Source: Octopus sinensis (lineage: Eukaryota). Taken from it: a DNA stretch of 26,267 bases. The notes under the pieces are model-generated. The model worked only from the letters and a program-made list of their open reading frames with translations, ran no database searches and was not told where the DNA came from. Within the stretch, counting starts at the first letter, position 1; the number at the start of each line of letters is the position of its first letter. The stretch is from NCBI RefSeq assembly GCF_006345805.1, contig NW_021836089.1, forward strand, positions 1 to 26,267, given 5' to 3'. The translations under genes and the position numbers were made by a program. Of the stretch, positions 21,822-26,267 are shown in pieces.

Positions 21822-22216
21822 TCTTTATATATAAAAGTAAGGTTGTGTGTCTGCCTCCTACGATTTAGATTCCTAACTACTCCCACATTTTGTGGTGCAG
21901 TTTAACCAAAACCGGGTATCTTATAGTCGTGATTCATATCGAGCCCCTCTGGGTATTAGCGCGCGTCTACGATGAGTCTACGATTTAAAAAAAATTTACC
22001 ATCATTTTTTCCATTTTACTGCATTTTTTCGCTATTATATAAGGGAAGTAACTCTCTAAAAATGTCTACGATGAGTCAACGATTTTTTAAAAAATTTATC
22101 ATCATTTTTTTCCCATTTTTAATGCATTTTTTGGCTATTTTTTGGCTATAACTCTCTAAAAATGCTTTATAGTTATTTCCCTTACAAACCCAAGCAACGC
22201 CGGGCGATACTGCTAG
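21822..22216 (+). mobile_element. Non-autonomous Helitron, both termini intact (395 bp)
   Basis: a|TCtttatatataaaag ... cccaagcaacgccggg (imperfect hairpin) cgatactgCTAG|t: 5' TC, 3' CTAG, inserted in an AT dinucleotide, no TSD. Internal ~100-bp tandem duplication. Confidence 0.85.
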
Positions 22217-22359
22217 TTAGGTATAATTTTCTTCCTTTAAATTTCCTCACATATATTTATTTCAACCTTTCTATTCTTATAAAAATGCAGGACACATTTT
22301 TATAGTTTATATAATGGCTTGAGAAAAACATAAATGGGAATAGAAGAGCATTTGTATGT

Positions 22360-22405
22360 GCATATATATATATATATATAATCATCATCATCATCATCTA
22401 TATAT

Positions 22406-22436
<31 letters not shown>

Positions 22437-22533
22437 CATTTGTATGTGCATATATATATGTATATATATATATAATTATGTGAAATAGAAAGATGAATAA
22501 TCTTGTAGTAGATTAATCAAGTAGATTAATATA

Positions 22534-22575
<42 letters not shown>

Positions 22576-22577
22576 TT
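22360..22577. repeat. Compound (TA)n/(CAT)n/(GA)n microsatellite cluster
   Basis: Directly visible; agagcatttgtatgtgcatatatata occurs twice (~22345 and ~22432). Confidence 0.85.
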
Positions 22578-23171
22578 GGTATAAACGGTAAGATAACAAA
22601 AGAAAGAAAGAGACCTCAATATTACGTAACTAGAGGAAATTCTCAATAAAATATGTTACAATTACTCAATAGAATATTCTATATAATATGCTTCCATATT
22701 AAATTTTTCTCTGTGTAAGAGTCCTCAACCGATGTTAGGCGATAAACTAAATATGCCGTATTAGCTCTTAGTGAATATATATATAAATGCACAAATAATT
22801 TACATTATTAAAACATGCTATAAATTAATAATTACTGACTAATTAGAGTAGAAATACGTACATGACTTTAAAAAAATATTTGGGTTTATATGATTGATTA
22901 AACACCCAAGTCTAAGCTCCAGCGTGGCCACAACCCAATGCTTTAAATAATAAAACGCATGACCCACATATCATATGTATAACTTGAAATCTCTCCACCA
23001 CCAACACTGTTTAGTCTCTAATCTCCCCTCTCCCTCTCTTCTCTCTCTGTAACGACAAACCAACTTTTCAATTATTATTCACCTCTTTCTCCTTTACAAA
23101 TCTACACTTTTATATAATCATTTTATTTCCTCATCTATTCTACTGGTAATTCCAGAGAAATCAAACATAAT

Positions 23172-23400
23172 TTCCTATTCTACTCTCGGTACAAGACCCG
23201 ACATTTTGGAGGAGGAGGCCAGTCGATTAGGTCGACCCCAGTACGTAACTGGTACTCAATTTATCGACAGCGAAAGGATGAAAGGCAAAATTGACCTCGG
23301 CGGAATTTGACTTCAGAACGTAAAGACAGACGAAATACCGCTTAGCATTTCGTAAATTTTTTTTCTTCCCCACAAGGGGACAACACAGAGGGGACAGTAC
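23172..23400 (-). mobile_element. tRNA-derived SINE, head-truncated, plus tail fragment of another unit
   Basis: gtcgaccccagtacgtaactggtac...gacctcggcggaatttga...cagaacgtaaagacagacgaaatacc is the reverse complement of the 23828 core. Confidence 0.8.
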
Positions 23401-23824
23401 AATCTGATATGGGGTCAGATTTAACGTATGAATCGACTCAAAGATGGATTTTTAAATTTTACATAAATATGAGGAGTTCGGATGATAAAATATACAACAT
23501 TACAGAATGGAGTGGGGGGACGGGATATGCTTGGACCCCACGAGCGCTGCCTCCCCACTGATGCTTTGGGTTCATCCTGCATTGTATTCATGCAGTTCCA
23601 TCCGTACCCCGCTTTCGGGCGACATTCTTCCATCGATCTTGAAACATTTTCGCGGACAGGCATTTTCTCTCAAACCCTATTTTCCTTCTTAGGTGGAAGG
23701 TGGAGAAATTAAACAACCCAGGGGCAGAGATAGAATGCCTTTTATTAACCCTATTTTTAATTCACACAGCAGTTTAGAGACTCCACCGTTCGTGCATAAT
23801 AAACTTTATAATCATTCTAAACAA

Positions 23825-24377
23825 TAAGGCGGTGAGTTGGCTGAAACGTTAGCACGCCGAGCGAAATGCGCAGCCGTATTTCGTTTGCCGTTACGTTCTG
23901 AGTTCAAATTCCGCCGAGGTCGACTTTGCCTTTCATCCTCTAGGGGTCGATTAAATAAGTACCAGTTACACACTGGGGTTGATATTATTTACTTAATCCG
24001 TTTGTCTGTCCTTGTTTGTCCCCTCTGTGTTTAGCCCCTTGTGGGTAGTAAAGAAATAGGTATTTTGTCTGCCGCTACAGTCTGAGTTCAAATTCCGCCG
24101 AGGTCGACTTTGCCTTTGATCCTTCGGGGTCGATAAATTAAGTACCAGTTACGCACTGGGGTCAATATAATTGATTTAATCCGTTTGTCTGTCTTTGTTT
24201 GTCCCCTCTGTGTTTAGCCCCTTGTGGGTGGTACTGAGTTTAAATTCCGTCTAGGTCGAATTTGCCTTTCATAATTTCGGGGTCGATTAAATAAGTACCA
24301 GTTACGCACTGGGGTCGATGTAATCAATTAATTCCCTTCCCCAAAAATTTTCAAGTCCTTTTGCCAAGAGAAGAAAT
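23825..24377 (+). mobile_element. Head-to-tail SINE trimer (units ~23825-24058, 24059-24233, 24234-24377) flanked by an imperfect 15-bp TSD
   Basis: A box tggctgaaacg and B box gagttcaaattcc in unit 1; core ctgagttcaaattccgccgaggtcgactttgcc x3. Flanks aatcattctaaacaa (23810-23824) and aataattctagacaa (24378-24392), 13/15 identical. Confidence 0.85.
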
Positions 24378-24624
24378 AATAATTCTAGACAACGTGAAAT
24401 AATCCTCAGAAGACATCCATCTGATAGATAATATTTAAGATTGCGAGAAAACATATTTAATGCATTCCACATCAAAATGTTAACATAGGATAAAGAAGTG
24501 GGGAGAGAAATGTATGCAGTCACCCACTTTTTGAATGTTTAAACAATTCATACTCTTTCCTACAAAATATAAATATTATTTAAAATACGAGAACAATTAT
24601 ATTTAGATGCAAAATTCAAGAAAT

Positions 24625-24827
24625 ATTCTTTTCTACTCAAGACACAAGGACCCAGATTTGGGGCGAAGTGGCCAGTAGATAAGTGTAATACCAGTACGCG
24701 ACCAGTACGAAAGGATGAAAGGCAAAGTCGACCTCGGCGGAATTTGAACTCAGAAAATAAAGACAGACGAAACATCGCTAAGTGTTTCGCCCGGCGTGCT
24801 AACGTTTCTGCCAAGCTAGCTGCCTTT
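24625..24827 (-). mobile_element. Full-length tRNA-derived SINE
   Basis: Reverse complement of the 23828 family, including head (cggcgtgctaacgtttctgcca). Confidence 0.85.
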
Positions 24828-25028
24828 TCTTTTCTACGATAGGCACAAGGCGAGGGAACCAGTTGATTGGATCGACACCAGTATGCAACTGGTATTTAAT
24901 TCATCGACCCCAAAAGGATAAAGTGTAAAGTCAACCTCGGTGGAATTTGAACTCAGAATGTGAAGACGGAGGAAATGCGTTGCAGCATTTCGTCCGGCGT
25001 GCTAACGTTTCTGCCAGCTCACGCCTTA
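24828..25028 (-). mobile_element. Full-length tRNA-derived SINE, directly adjacent to the previous copy
   Basis: Same family, with head cggcgtgctaacgtttctgccagctcacgcc; a further tail stub sits at ~25047-25070. Confidence 0.85.
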
Positions 25029-25104
25029 AATTAAATAAAAATTATTTTCTACTCTAGGCACAAGGGGAGGGAGCCTGATGCTCGAGAAAAATTTAAAACT
25101 CTTG

Positions 25105-25217
25105 TACATATATACATACATACATATATACATATATACATACATACATACATATATACATACATACTTACATACATACATACATATATACATACATATA
25201 TATGTATATATATATAT
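25105..25217. repeat. (TACA)n/(TA)n microsatellite
   Basis: Directly visible. Confidence 0.9.
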
Positions 25218-25684
25218 AAAGTTAATCCAAACAAGAAAGCACAAAAAACACAACAACGAGAGGACGTGGAACAAATATAGTATTATTGGACGCTCAGGAA
25301 AGAAGGAAAGATCCAGAGAAGGGAAGACAGAGGAAAAAAAATCGTATATATATATATATATACATAAACTCTATTTCCAGCCCTTCTACATTTGTATTTC
25401 TCAAGATAAGATTCAAGACAAGAAAATTTTTTTTTACCTTATTTCAAATGGTTTCGATGCTGGAGAAACTTGGGATTCGTGTTTCCTCACGAAGCGAAAG
25501 GATATAAATGTTTCTTAGTTAGTTAATAAGCAGGAGGTGACTACTCTTATTCAATTTCGTGCCACACCCTGACTAACACGAAATCTTTTATTTAAATTTG
25601 AATGCTTTTTACAATTTGTCATGTCAAAGTATAATTCAATTCATTTCGTATGACGTAACCTCTCCATAATTGTCTGAAAACCTA

Positions 25685-25711
25685 TGTGCATATATATATA
25701 TATATGGATAA

Positions 25712-25799
<88 letters not shown>

Positions 25800-25805
25800 A
25801 CATAT
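25685..25805. repeat. (TA)n(TG)n microsatellite
   Basis: Directly visible. Confidence 0.95.
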
Positions 25806-25888
25806 GTATGCAGATTATATAAAACCCACTTAAATCTTGTCAAACCAGTTTTCTTGTTAAATTTTCATACACACACACAAAACTGACC

Positions 25889-26267
25889 CCCACTACCCCG
25901 CCCTGTCCCTAGCTACATTCAGATGGCTGATCCCCCTTATGTTATAGAGCAGTTACTGTTTATATCTCGCTCAGAGATTTATTATTGTTGTCGAACGGTT
26001 TTTCTACATCAGTGACTGTGGTTACTGTGAAAATCCATATATATCCAGCCTGTAGAGGAAGTCCCTCAATGAAGAACGGTGCTTACCATGCGTTGATAAG
26101 AGGCAAATACCTCGAAACTCCTTATCTTCGGGGAGGCTGATCTCCCTTTGCAGGCTGGCAAGGACACCGAGATGGTATCAGCCCTTCTGGTGACGTTGAT
26201 GATCGCATGGGGCTAAATGCATCAGTAACACTCCCACTACCCCGCCCTGTCCCTAGCCACATTCAGA
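25889..26267. repeat. 35-bp direct repeat at 344-nt spacing (25889-25923, 26233-26267), second copy cut by window end
   Basis: cccactaccccgccctgtccctagc(t/c)acattcaga, 34/35 identical. Confidence 0.85.

Noticed and set aside
22578-22700. Segment recalled as an (AT)n-associated octopus repeat, possibly Penelope-like with a ribozyme
   Set aside because: No diagnostic motif is present in this copy; recollection alone is not enough to annotate it.
23825-25028. Repeated ~35-bp cores resembling a CRISPR array, and tRNA-like heads resembling tRNA genes
   Set aside because: The intervening sequence is conserved rather than unique spacers, no cas genes are present and the context is eukaryotic. The A/B boxes are too far apart and run into SINE bodies with no cloverleaf.

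Overview
AT-rich eukaryotic genomic DNA, not prokaryotic. The SINE families and microsatellite load match what I recall of Octopus/coleoid genomes (inference, no database search). The main content is one spliced minus-strand gene, which I reconstructed by hand from 7 coding exons: 18086-18003, 10533-10379, 9518-9377, 7955-7801, 6816-6780, 3346-3137 and 1525-1350. All have canonical AG/GT sites and compatible phases, giving 959 nt (319 aa plus 2 nt), and the gene continues past the left edge. It encodes about 8 ankyrin repeats ending in a Mind bomb (MIB1/MIB2)-like terminal ankyrin segment. No N-terminal MIB domains are visible in the window. Introns and the upstream region hold a ~4.1 kb CT-rich satellite with a ~750-bp higher-order repeat and decayed HERO-type, CR1/L2-type, mariner and possibly Penelope relics. 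There are also two inverted-repeat (MITE-like) elements, a complete non-autonomous Helitron, a duplicated Helitron 3' end, many tRNA-derived SINEs (including a TSD-flanked trimer facing two inverted copies) and many microsatellites. Almost all long ORFs in the supplied track are low-complexity artefacts. I found no evidence for a wholly new multi-gene system; the best leads are the possibly N-terminally truncated Mind bomb-like gene and the repeat architectures.
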